From positions 186,001 to 250,000 of the forward strand of contig CBDAVP010000007.1 of the NCBI GenBank assembly GCA_965201075.1: a stretch of DNA of 64,000 bases, written 5' to 3'. The position numbers were made by a program, and so were the translations under genes. Position 1 is the stretch's first letter. Each line of letters starts with the position of its first letter. Positions 1 through 9,305 of the stretch are shown piece by piece. This DNA comes from Isosphaeraceae bacterium. GTDB taxonomy: Bacteria > Planctomycetota > Planctomycetia > Isosphaerales > Isosphaeraceae. A model generated the notes under the pieces. It saw nothing but the letters and a program-made list of their open reading frames with translations, had not been told where the DNA came from and ran no database searches.

Positions 1-31
1 CGCGATGGGCGATCCTTGTCCGCCGGACTGA

Positions 32-984
32 TTAGAGCGGAATGCGAATCGGTGTAGCATGCGGATAGCCGCAATGCCGGATGTAGTTGAGGCACTCCTC
101 CGGCCGGAAGTGATCCAGGGCGTCCTTCATCGCCCCATAGACCCCTTCGACTGTCCGCGCCGCCGCCGTGCGCAGCCGCCGCTTGAACTTGCTGAAGGCC
201 TGCTCGATCGGGTTAAAGTCCGGGCTGTACGGCGGCAGGTACTCCAGCCGGCAGCCGGCCCGTTCCAACGCCTCACGCACCCCGCCGACCTTGTGGCTGG
301 AGAGGTTGTCCATCACCACCACCATCCCCGGCCGTAACCGCGGCACCAGGAACTGCTCGATATAGGCCAGGAACACCTCGCCGGTCATCGCCTCGGCCTG
401 GGCCCACGGCGCGACCAGGCCCCCGGCGGTCAACGCCCCGACGAAGGTCACCACCTTCCAGTGGTCGTGCGGGGCTTGGGCCACCAGGCGTTGCCCCCTG
501 GGGGCGTAGCCGTGGGTGCGGTGCATCGCGGTGCTGGCACCGGTCTCGTCCAGGAACACCAGGTCCTCGACGGCCACCCCCGCCAGCGTCGCGGGCCAGG
601 CGTCGCGGGCCGCCTTCACGTCGGGCCGGTCTCGCTCGCTGGCGTGGACCGACTTTTTTTATGCGTCAGGCCCAGCCGGAGCATCGCCCGCCACACGGTG
701 GTGCGGACGACGCCCAGGCCCAGCCGCCGGCCATGCTCCTCGGGGGTATCGTCGGGATGGTCGCGGACCGACTGGCGAAGTTCCTCGACGCGGCCCTCGA
801 TCTTGGAGGTACGCCCGCGTCCGCCGGGCTTGGGGGCGAGGGAGCCGGTCTCGCGGAAGCGTTGCTTGAGTCGTCGGACGAAGGCGGGGGAGACATCGAA
901 TCGCTGGGCAACCTCGGCGGTCGAGTCGCCGTCCTGGCAAGCGTCATGAATCCTGAGCCGCAGGTCGTCGCTCAAAGCACGCAT
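32..984 (-). CDS. IS630 transposase (orfA/orfB joined by a -1 shift at an A7 run; ~317 aa)
   Basis: OrfA MRALSDDLRLRI...HTH...LGLTHKK. OrfB has FLDET, MDNLSSH and LPPYSPDFNPIE (DDE). CAT AAAAAAA G at 653-663 joins the frames to give HKK-SVHASERDRPDV. Confidence 0.92.
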
Positions 985-1062
985 CGTTGCCCCTCCCGGG
1001 TTTGGGAAGGTAGTGTAGTCGAAATCCAAGAAATCCGCTACGACAAAACGCACTTCGCTCTA
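33..1062 (-). mobile_element. IS630-family insertion sequence, complete (35-1060 plus duplicated TA at 33-34 and 1061-1062)
   Basis: TA at both ends. Imperfect terminal inverted repeats GAGCGGAATGCGAATCGGTGTAGC (35-58) vs GAGCGAAGTGCGTTTTGTCGTAGC (revcomp of 1037-1060) match 17/24. Encodes a split DDE transposase, and the flanks rejoin into one host ORF. Confidence 0.93.
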
Positions 1063-1514
1063 GCTCAACGGCCCCGGCCAGGATGGGCCCCGCCGTCCTG
1101 TCGAAGATGCCGACCTCCACGACCGCCCCCAGCATTTCGAGTGCGATGCTCGATTGCGGGGGCGGTGGCACCCAGGCCATCGGCGGAGCGGACGTTCCCG
1201 ACTCCTCGAAGGCGGCCACGTCAATCTCAATGCCATAGTGGACGTTAGCTTCGGCGAAATAGCCATCAGGTAGGAGAGAGTTGAGTTGGGAGGAGAGGTA
1301 GGTCGCCCAGGAGCTAAGGAAGGCGTGCCAGCGCCGACGTTCACTGAGCGGGGGCTGGAAATGGTCGAGGAGTGGCATCAGTCGCTCCCGGCTCCTGATC
1401 TCGGCACCTCCCAAAATAAGCGATCGGCCCCCCCCGCGATCCATCGGCGATTGCGGGGAGGTGCGGTTCTCGGGTTTGGGTACGGCTCCTGATCCGTTCG
1501 CAAAGTCGGCCAGG

Positions 1515-2075
1515 TCAGGGGGCAAACACGTCTTCGACGTCCATTCGCCAACCCGGAACCGCGGGCTCGGCGTCGGCGACGTGCCTCTTGGGGAATGTCC
1601 TCGGTCGGTCGGGCGAGCCGGGGAGGTAGGACCGAATCTCCTCAGTCAAGAGATCCACGTCCCACACCACCAAGGTCCCGGCGGCGAAATAATCGGCTCG
1701 CTTCGCCAGCAGTTTCGCCTCGGCTCGCCGGCCCTGGTCGCCCTGACTACGAACCTCGACCGCGAAGGTGGGCGCGCCGCTTAGAAAGACCATCCGGTTG
1801 TCGGGAGGCGTCCCCCGGAAATACGAAGCGTCGGGACTGAACGACTCTCGCCCGGACGGCAGCAGGGGAACCACATATCCGATGTTGTCGGTGAAGGCGA
1901 AACCCTCTCCACTTTGCCTTACGTAGGTCCGAAGGCTGACATAAATGTTCGCGGCGACCTGGCTCGGCTGAAATCCGGTCGGCATCGATCGCACGATCCT
2001 CCCGCCGATTAACTCGGCCTTGCCGTCGACCTTGGCCAGGTCGTCGAGAGTGGCCCTCTCCTGCCCGATCGCCAT
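1515..2075 (-). CDS. Uma2/DUF820-family endonuclease
   Basis: KAELIGGRIV, SFSPDASY, APTFAVEVRS, KRADYFAAGTLVVWDVD; 186 aa from ATG 2075. Confidence 0.88.
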   Translation of the reverse strand: MAIGQERATLDDLAKVDGKAELIGGRIVRSMPTGFQPSQVAANIYVSLRTYVRQSGEGFAFTDNIGYVVPLLPSGRESFSPDASYFRGTPPDNRMVFLSGAPTFAVEVRSQGDQGRRAEAKLLAKRADYFAAGTLVVWDVDLLTEEIRSYLPGSPDRPRTFPKRHVADAEPAVPGWRMDVEDVFAP

Positions 2076-2421
2076 CGGATCTCTCCTGGGTCCGAACCCT
2101 CGTGGAGTCTCCAACGCCCACACCTTGAAGATTTTCCCCGAACCCGTGGCACCTGTCGAGTCCGCCCGACTCGCCCTCGGCATTCGGGGTTGTCGTCCCC
2201 GGTCGGCTCGGGTACAAGGCGATCCGCCACGTCGCCGACTGCGCCCGAGGCCGAAACCCACGGATGGGACCGACCTCGCCGCAGGCCTCGGGGACCGCCA
2301 CTTCGCGCGGCCCTCGCCACCCGAGGCCCACCCCGGATCGCTCGTCACGACCAGGCCGCCCAACGGCCGACCCCCCCACCAAAGGGCGGCCGCGGTGGGA
2401 TCTTTTCGGGATGGATCGCCC

Positions 2422-5295
2422 ATGATTCGGTATCGACGGGACACGCCGACGGAGCCAGGGATGGCCCCAGCGGTCGAGGCGGGAGCCGGGAGCCCGGCGA
2501 GGGCCCTCGTCCTCGCGGCGTTGGCCTTCCTGCTGACCGCCCCGGCGGCGGCCCTCGGGGCCAAGACGACGCCGGAGGGACCCCTCTCCGAGATCCGCAT
2601 TGTCGGTCTCGTCACCGTCCCCGAGGAGAAGGTGCGCCGCGAAATCCAGAGCCGCGTCGGACGCGCCTGGAGCCGCGACGTCATCGAGGGCGACTTGAAA
2701 CGCCTCACCAAGATGCAATGGTTCTCCGAGATCAAGCCCTACATCGACCGCGACCCCAAGGGTGAAGGCGTCATCCTCACCTTCCACGTCCGCGAAATGC
2801 CCATCATTCGCGAGGTCGAATTTCGAGGCCGCAATAAGGTCCGCCTCAAGGACATCGAGACCACCACCGGACTCAAGGCCGGCGGACGCGCCGACCCAAT
2901 GCGTGCCCAGATGGCCGTCGCCCAGATCAAGAACTTGTACGAGGAAAAAGGCTACGGCCTGACCGAGGTCCGCCTCCTCGAAGGTGGTCGTCAGGGCGAC
3001 ACCAAGGTCGTCTTCGAGATTTATGAAGGCCCCTGGGTCAAGCTCGGCGCGATCGACTTCGTCGGCAACACCATCGTCAGCGACGCCCTCCTTCGCACCA
3101 AGATCACCAGTAAGACCCCCATCCTCACCTTTGGTGGCTCCTACCGTCGCGACGACGTCGACGCCGACGCCCGCAAGCTTGTCGACTACTACAACGGCAT
3201 GGGCTACCTGGAAGCCAAGGTCGACTCCTACACCGAGAGCGGTAGCACCGTCGGCGACCGCCGCCTCACCTTTGTCATTTCCGAAGGAATCCAGTACAAG
3301 GTCCGCAACATCACCTTCCAGGGCAACGAGCGCCTCACCGACGCCCAGATCAAGGAGATGTTGGTCCTCCACTCCGGCCAGCCGTTCAACGACTCGGTCC
3401 GCGAGGCTGACCTCAAGAAGCTCAACGAAAAGTATTCGTCACTAGGCTGCATCGACATCCAGGTCCGCGACGAACGCAAGTACACCGACCAGCCCGGCAT
3501 CATCGACATTGCCTATGAGATCCAGGAAGGCCAGATGTACCGGGTTGGAGAAATCACCGTCGCCGGCAACCAGCGCACTCGCGACAAGGTCGTGCGTCGG
3601 GAACTCCTGATGGCTGGCCTCGTCCCGGGCCAGCCACTCGATGGCAAGCGACTGGAAGCGGCGAAAAAGCGGCTCCAAAGCCTTGGCTTCTTCCAGGCCA
3701 ACCCCGAGATGGGCAAGGCGCTGGAGTTGAAGATCGTTCATCGACGTCCAGGCAACCAACCCTACGCCCCCGAAGACGCCGCGCCGATGGACGAGATCCT
3801 CCGTACCCGGTTCCAGAACGCGCCGGAGGACGAGCTTGGCCCCCTGCCCGGCGTCCCCCCAGCCACGCCGCCAGCGCCGATTCAGGAAGCCCCGGCCCAG
3901 GGACGCGACGGCCCCGCCCCCTTCGGGGGCAACGAGGTTGGGCCGTTCGACCCAGCCCCCGGCCAGCTCCCGGCGATCAACGCCCCGGCCCTCCCGCCCG
4001 CCGGAGCCGTCCCGGTCGCGCCGGCCCCCGGACCAGGCCCCGGCCCTGTTCGAGGACCAATTCGCCAGCCGATCGACACCGGCGTTCCGCCCGGGACCTT
4101 CCCCAGCCTTCCCGGCACCAACGCCAATGATGTCGGCCCCGACCGACAGGAAGCCTTCCCCGACCGCGCCCCGATGGACATCGTCAACAGCGTCGAACCC
4201 GGCCCCGGCACCAACGACCGCGCCTACGCCGACCTCCAGGCCAACGTCGAGGAAGGCCCCACCGGCAACTTCATGCTCGGCGTCAGCGCCTCCAGCTTCC
4301 AGGGGCTTAACGGCAACCTCATTATCCACGAGAAGAACTTCGACATCACCAACCTCCCCCGCTCCTTCAGCCAGCTGACCTCCGGACAGGCCTTCCGAGG
4401 AGCCGGTCAGGACCTCCGCATCGAAATCTCCCCCGGCACGCTCATCAACCGGGCCACCGTGAGCTTCCGAGAGCCGTACCTGTTCAACCTCCCGATCGGC
4501 CTGAACACTTCCGGCTACGCCTTCACCCGTATTTACCCCGACTTCAACGAGCGACGAGTCGGCGGCCGGTTCTCCCTGGGCCGACAATTAGGAGCCCAGA
4601 CATACGTCGACGCGGCCTTCCGCGTGGAAGACGTGAACATCAACGGCTTTCGCACCCCGGCACCGGCCGACTTCCTGGCCGCCTCGGGCCACTCGCTGCT
4701 GGCCAGTCTCCGCCCCAGCATCCGCTTTGACAACCGCAACGACCCCATGGCCCCCAACAAGGGCCAGTACCTCGAGTTCGCCTTCGAGCAGGGCTGGGGA
4801 ACCTTCACCTTCCCCAAGGTCACGATCGAAGGGAAGCAGTACTTCACCCTGGGAAGCCGCCCCGACGGCTCAGGCAAGCGAATCCTGACTCTGCGAGGAA
4901 CCTACGGGGTCACCGGCCGAGACACGCCGCTCTACGAGCGTTTCTTCGCCGGCGACTTCGGCAGCATGCGAGGTTTCGCCTTCCGAGGCGTCGGCCCGCA
5001 CGTTCTGGGAGTCAATGTCGGCGGTGTGATGAGGGCGATTGGCTCGGTGGAGTACCAAATTCCCCTGGTCGCCAGCGACAAGATCCAGCAGGTCTTCTTC
5101 TGCGACTTCGGCACGGTCCAGAGCGACTACTCCTTCAGCGGCGACACTTTCCGAGGAGCCGTCGGGACTGGCCTCCGCCTCCAGATCCCCGCGTTGGGAC
5201 CCATGCCCCTGGCCTTCGACATCGCCTTCCCCTTCGCCAAGGTTCAGGGCGACAAGACCCGCTACTTCACCTTCTTCATCGGCACGTTCTGGTGA
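2422..5295 (+). CDS. bamA: Outer membrane protein assembly factor BamA (Omp85)
   Basis: Hydrophobic signal, repeated POTRA units (FRGRN, FVGNT, FQGNE, VAGNQRTRDKVVRRE), barrel with LYERFFAG..SMRGF and terminal aromatic FFIGTFW. Start may be 2422 or 2461. Confidence 0.92.
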   Translation: MIRYRRDTPTEPGMAPAVEAGAGSPARALVLAALAFLLTAPAAALGAKTTPEGPLSEIRIVGLVTVPEEKVRREIQSRVGRAWSRDVIEGDLKRLTKMQWFSEIKPYIDRDPKGEGVILTFHVREMPIIREVEFRGRNKVRLKDIETTTGLKAGGRADPMRAQMAVAQIKNLYEEKGYGLTEVRLLEGGRQGDTKVVFEIYEGPWVKLGAIDFVGNTIVSDALLRTKITSKTPILTFGGSYRRDDVDADARKLVDYYNGMGYLEAKVDSYTESGSTVGDRRLTFVISEGIQYKVRNITFQGNERLTDAQIKEMLVLHSGQPFNDSVREADLKKLNEKYSSLGCIDIQVRDERKYTDQPGIIDIAYEIQEGQMYRVGEITVAGNQRTRDKVVRRELLMAGLVPGQPLDGKRLEAAKKRLQSLGFFQANPEMGKALELKIVHRRPGNQPYAPEDAAPMDEILRTRFQNAPEDELGPLPGVPPATPPAPIQEAPAQGRDGPAPFGGNEVGPFDPAPGQLPAINAPALPPAGAVPVAPAPGPGPGPVRGPIRQPIDTGVPPGTFPSLPGTNANDVGPDRQEAFPDRAPMDIVNSVEPGPGTNDRAYADLQANVEEGPTGNFMLGVSASSFQGLNGNLIIHEKNFDITNLPRSFSQLTSGQAFRGAGQDLRIEISPGTLINRATVSFREPYLFNLPIGLNTSGYAFTRIYPDFNERRVGGRFSLGRQLGAQTYVDAAFRVEDVNINGFRTPAPADFLAASGHSLLASLRPSIRFDNRNDPMAPNKGQYLEFAFEQGWGTFTFPKVTIEGKQYFTLGSRPDGSGKRILTLRGTYGVTGRDTPLYERFFAGDFGSMRGFAFRGVGPHVLGVNVGGVMRAIGSVEYQIPLVASDKIQQVFFCDFGTVQSDYSFSGDTFRGAVGTGLRLQIPALGPMPLAFDIAFPFAKVQGDKTRYFTFFIGTFW

Positions 5296-5330
5296 GATCC
5301 GCGAAGGGACGACTCGGCCGCGAAGTCAGG

Positions 5331-5552
5331 TCAGGCGAGGTCTTCGCCCCGGTCGGCGAGTGCGACGGTCAGGTCCAAGAAACACGCCTCGGGGAACACG
5401 GCGCGGGCCAGTCCGCTCTTCGCGGTGGCCTGCTTGCGGGCGTCCGCCTTGGCGTCGGCCAACACCGCGACGGCATGATGGGGGAGCGTGGCAGTGTCAA
5501 GGAGTTGCCGCAATTCCTGCTGCTGCTCCAGGATCGTCTCCTGCTCGGAAAG
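5331..5552 (-). pseudogene. C-terminal remnant of a DUF29-family gene
   Basis: Frame reads TILEQQQELRQLLDTATLPHHAVAVLADAKADARKQATAKSGLARAVFPEACFLDL, resembling the DUF29 C-terminal half. Preceded by in-frame TAA (5553-5555); N-terminal half absent. Confidence 0.6.
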
Positions 5553-5645
5553 TTATAGGAAGAAGGTATCGTCAAAAGCGAGAGGCCGCTTCGCCGAGCA
5601 AAACTCCCGAGCCCGGGAAGGGAGAACGTCCTCGGTCCGGGCGAT

Positions 5646-6101
5646 TCAGTTCAAGACACTCGAGTCGAGAGATTTCAGGAGGCGGTCAAGATCGGCACGG
5701 ATCGCCTTCCGGTAGTCGAGCGAGGGTGTGGGTGGCGGAATCGGGTCGGCTGAAACGGAATTCCAAGGATGCGAAGCCGCGTAATGATACTTTTCTTCCA
5801 AATCGATAAGGTGATTGTGGAATCGGAGAACCGGTTGGACTTTCGACGCCCATTGCCTCTCCGAATCCGCAAATCGTTCCTGCTCTTCGGGACTACTCTC
5901 GAGATTCATTTGAACGGGCGTGCCGATCAGGTAGAGTTCCAGGTCGGAGAAAGGAACTACTTCGCATTGTCGCCGGATTTCGCTTGAGATCCGCTCGAAT
6001 GCTCGAGCTTGCCGCCACAAGTAAGCTGGGCCGCTGAGGACTACCGCCGCACCTGCCACCAGCAACACGAGGTGTTTCGTCGTCGAAGGGACGAATCTCA
6101 T
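5646..6101 (-). CDS. Hypothetical membrane-anchored protein
   Basis: N-terminal TM segment HLVLLVAGAAVVLSGPAYLW; LEEKYHYAASHPWNSVSADP motif; lower GC than neighbours. Confidence 0.6.
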   Translation of the reverse strand: MRFVPSTTKHLVLLVAGAAVVLSGPAYLWRQARAFERISSEIRRQCEVVPFSDLELYLIGTPVQMNLESSPEEQERFADSERQWASKVQPVLRFHNHLIDLEEKYHYAASHPWNSVSADPIPPPTPSLDYRKAIRADLDRLLKSLDSSVLN

Positions 6102-6190
6102 GGACAACTTCCGTGTGATCTCGCGCAGATAATTCGCTGAGAATTCTCCAATCGCTCCTCCAGGCGGAATCACCGTTCTCGGCCGCTTCC

Positions 6191-6745
6191 TCAAAACGCA
6201 ACCAAACTTTCTACAGCGAACCCTTTGAGTTTGTCTCGACCCTTCAGAAACTCCAACTCAATGACAAACGCACAGGCCACGACCTCGGCCGCCTCCCGAG
6301 CCACCAAATCACAACAGGCTCGCATTGTCCCGCCCGTGGCCAATACGTCGTCCAGCAACAGCACCCGCTGCCCCGGTATCACCGCATCCCGGTGAATCTC
6401 AAGGCGATCCGTCCCATATTCCAGGTCGTATTCCTGAGTCACCGTCTCGGCCGGCAGCTTCCCAGGCTTGCGGATTGGCACGAACCCGAGATTCATGGCC
6501 AGGGCTAGGGGCGTGGCGAACAGGAAACCCCGGGCCTCGGCCGCCGCGATCACGTCCGGCCGATACTTCGCGACCCGCTCGGCCAACTGGTCGATCGTCG
6601 CCCGAAAGGCCCCCGGATGCTTCAACAGCGGGGTGATGTCCTTGAACACGATTCCCGGCTTGGGGAAGTCGGACACGTCTCGCAGGTGATCGCGCAGGTC
6701 GAATGAACTCGAAACGGCCATGCCGGGCTCCGTGGGGATCATCAA
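6191..6745 (-). CDS. apt: Adenine phosphoribosyltransferase
   Basis: DFPKPGIVFKDITPLL, EARGF, IRKPGKLP, LEYG and PRPP motif LLLDDVLATGGT. Start may be 6721. Confidence 0.96.
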   Translation of the reverse strand: MMIPTEPGMAVSSSFDLRDHLRDVSDFPKPGIVFKDITPLLKHPGAFRATIDQLAERVAKYRPDVIAAAEARGFLFATPLALAMNLGFVPIRKPGKLPAETVTQEYDLEYGTDRLEIHRDAVIPGQRVLLLDDVLATGGTMRACCDLVAREAAEVVACAFVIELEFLKGRDKLKGFAVESLVAF

Positions 6746-6786
6746 AGGGTGAACTTCAGCGGTCCCAGGCAGAACCCGTGAAATGC

Positions 6787-7566
6787 TCAGGGCGTGAAGG
6801 ATTCCAGGTCCGAGGCCGAGGCTGGCGGGGCCATCGGCGGCGGCTCGAACGGCGCTGAGGACGGCTCGGCGGCAGTCCCGGCACCCTTGGGACGCGGAGA
6901 ACCCGTCAGCGATGGGGCCTTGGGTAACTCCACCCCCATGAACTCCGTCCCTTCGCGAGTTTCCCCTTTCTCGTCGATCAAGGGACCCGAGTGGAACGGC
7001 CCCAGACCACCAACATACACGTCCTTCGCATTCGCCGAGGCCACCATCGTCCCCGACTGCCAGGTCAACTGCCCACCGGCCCGGTCATAGGCGAACAGCG
7101 CCATCTTGGCCACGCCCCGCTGACGATTGCGCTTGGCCAGCGACATTTCGGGGATCGTTCCCGAGGGAATCCCCGTCACCGTCGGCGGGATGGTCGTCTG
7201 TGAGATACCCAGGAGCCAGTTGTCCTGGTCTGTCCCGTAGGTTCCGACGCGTGCCTCGACGATCCACTGGGCCTGTTCCGGCTTGCTCCTGAGCAAAACG
7301 CCCTGAGTCAGCATCGCCTGTCTCATGCTGGAGACAACCCAGCCCTGGTCGATCGCCGTGATGTTGGTCGCGTCCAGATAGACGGGGACACCCGTCAACG
7401 GGCGAAAATCAATCTTCTGGAGCGCCGAGTCCCACGCGTTGGTCAGCAAGAGTTGCTCGGTCGCGGTCCGGGGCGTATTCGTCGAGGTGACGGTGCCGCA
7501 GCCGCCAGTCGAGGCGGCCAGCCCCACCAAGGCAACCCACGATTTTCGCCCCCGCATCCACTTCAT
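6787..7566 (-). CDS. Putative lipoprotein (planctomycete RTATEQLL family, DUF6655-like)
   Basis: Signal peptide ending STGGC; RTATEQLL motif; VEARVGTYGTD. Confidence 0.65.
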   Translation of the reverse strand: MKWMRGRKSWVALVGLAASTGGCGTVTSTNTPRTATEQLLLTNAWDSALQKIDFRPLTGVPVYLDATNITAIDQGWVVSSMRQAMLTQGVLLRSKPEQAQWIVEARVGTYGTDQDNWLLGISQTTIPPTVTGIPSGTIPEMSLAKRNRQRGVAKMALFAYDRAGGQLTWQSGTMVASANAKDVYVGGLGPFHSGPLIDEKGETREGTEFMGVELPKAPSLTGSPRPKGAGTAAEPSSAPFEPPPMAPPASASDLESFTP

Positions 7567-7647
7567 CGCGCAGCCCCTCCTGGACGGGCGAATCTCACCG
7601 GTCGCCGAGCCTAGCCCGGGTCGTCCAACAGGTCAACCGCGAACGGA

Positions 7648-7691
7648 CGCCAAGACGCCCGCCCCCCGGTGTCGGCCGGAAGACGGGCGTC
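7648..7691 (-). terminator. GC-rich stem-loop downstream of degP-like gene
   Basis: GACGCCCG...CGGGCGTC inverted repeat just after the stop at 7719. Confidence 0.4.
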
Positions 7692-7718
7692 GGCGGGAAC
7701 CAAAAGCCCTGGGCGAAC

Positions 7719-9305
7719 TTACTTCGCCTTGTTCGCCTTGCTCAGCGTGACGAACCGGCCCGGCTCGCCATTGCGCTCCACGTAGAAGGCCAGATCCTCT
7801 CCCTTGTCGGCGACCTTGAGGTCCTCAACCCCCTTCACAGGCTGGACCTTCTTGTCGACGATCATTCGCGAGATCAGGTCGCCGACCTTCAATTCAGCGT
7901 CATCGGCCGGGCTCTCTTCCTTGACCGACGCGACCACAACCCCCTCGGCCCCCTTGGAATAGCCGAATTGCTCGGCCAAAGCCGGGGTCAACGGCTGGAC
8001 CCCCAGGCCCAGGTCCTCGAACTTCACCGCCTCGGCCTCCGCCTTCTTTTCCTCGGCCGGGGCCGACTCCCCCGCCTCTTGAGTGATTCGCGACCGCACG
8101 TCCTCTTCGCGAGCCAGCACCACCGACGCCGACTTTTCCTTGCCCTCGCGGAAATACGTCAACTCGAACGGCTTGCCGATGTCGCTGGTGGAGATCAAGT
8201 TGCGGAAGCTTGGCCCATTCAGGATCGGCTCGCCCTGGAACTTCGTTAGCACGTCACCCCAGCGCAAGCCCGCCTTGTCCGCCGGACTTCCCGGGACGAT
8301 CTTGCCAACCATGATCCCCTTGGCCTTCCCATCCATCCCTAATTGCTTGGCCAGCGCGGGGGTCAACGGGACAACCTCGATCCCTAGAAGGGCCCGGTTG
8401 ATCTTCCCATCCCTGATGAGCTTGTCGGCCAGGTTGGCCGCCATATCGATCGGGATCGCGAACCCCACACCGGCGTTGGCCCGGGTCGCCGTGACGATTG
8501 CCGAGTTGATGCCGATCACCCGGCCGTTCAGGTCGACCAGGGGACCACCCGAATTGCCCGGGTTGATTGCCGCGTCGGTCTGGATAAACGCCTCGTAGTT
8601 GTTGATCCCCACGTGGTTTCGCTCGGTCGCCGAGATGATGCCGGCCGTCACCGTCTGACTCAGGCCGAACGGCGAGCCGATCGCCAGGACCCACTCACCC
8701 ACCCGAAGCCCCTTGCTCTTGCCGGTGGCCGCTGGCTTGTACGCGGTCGTGTCGACCTTGATGACCGCCACGTCGGTCCCTGGGTCGGTCCCCACGACGG
8801 TCGCCGTGGCCGTCTGGCCGTCATAGAAGGTCACTTCGATCTTCTTGGCGTCGGCCACAACGTGGTTATTGGTCAGGATATGGCCCTTGTCGTCGTAGAC
8901 GAAGCCGGAGCCGGTCCCCGAGGGGCTAAACTGCTGACGACGAGGCCGGGGCGCTTCGTCCTCATCCTCCTCGTCCGGCCCGTTGGGGAAGAACCGCTTG
9001 AGCATCTCCTCGAAATCCTTGGGGTTCATCCCCCCCCGAGGATTGCCCGGCATTGGCATCCCAGGGACGCGTCCCCGGTTGCCCATCCCCATCCCCATCG
9101 CCTTGCGCTCGATGCTAATCTGCACGACCGAAGGCTTCATCGACTCAGCCACGGACTCGAACGCCTCGGAAAGCGCCCTGGCCGCTTTCTGTCCTTCCGC
9201 CGGCACGTCCTGGGCGGCAGGCAACGGCGCGTAAAACCGCGACGACCCCGCCAGCGCTGCCCCCGAGATCCCCAAAGCCACCCAGGCCAATGCGTTATGC
9301 CTCAT
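7719..9305 (-). CDS. Periplasmic serine endoprotease, DegP/DegQ (Do) family, two PDZ domains
   Basis: Signal peptide; GTGSGF, LTNNHVV, TDVAVIK, IQTDAAINPGNSGGPL; two PDZ domains (GSPADKAGL, ESPADDAEL). Confidence 0.93.
   Translation of the reverse strand: MRHNALAWVALGISGAALAGSSRFYAPLPAAQDVPAEGQKAARALSEAFESVAESMKPSVVQISIERKAMGMGMGNRGRVPGMPMPGNPRGGMNPKDFEEMLKRFFPNGPDEEDEDEAPRPRRQQFSPSGTGSGFVYDDKGHILTNNHVVADAKKIEVTFYDGQTATATVVGTDPGTDVAVIKVDTTAYKPAATGKSKGLRVGEWVLAIGSPFGLSQTVTAGIISATERNHVGINNYEAFIQTDAAINPGNSGGPLVDLNGRVIGINSAIVTATRANAGVGFAIPIDMAANLADKLIRDGKINRALLGIEVVPLTPALAKQLGMDGKAKGIMVGKIVPGSPADKAGLRWGDVLTKFQGEPILNGPSFRNLISTSDIGKPFELTYFREGKEKSASVVLAREEDVRSRITQEAGESAPAEEKKAEAEAVKFEDLGLGVQPLTPALAEQFGYSKGAEGVVVASVKEESPADDAELKVGDLISRMIVDKKVQPVKGVEDLKVADKGEDLAFYVERNGEPGRFVTLSKANKAK

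Larger units (their letters stand above)
1..1378 (-). pseudogene. DUF4058-family (PD-(D/E)xK-like) gene interrupted by IS630; runs off window start
   Basis: 5' part MPLLDHFQPPLSERRRWHAF...AGAVEL (1378-1061) continues in frame beyond the IS as ISPADKDRPS (32-1), restoring the family-type E(L/I)xSPxxK motif. Confidence 0.85.

Noticed and set aside
944..1525. 193-aa ORF as an intact gene
   Set aside because: A chimera of the DUF4058 5' half reading into the IS630 end.
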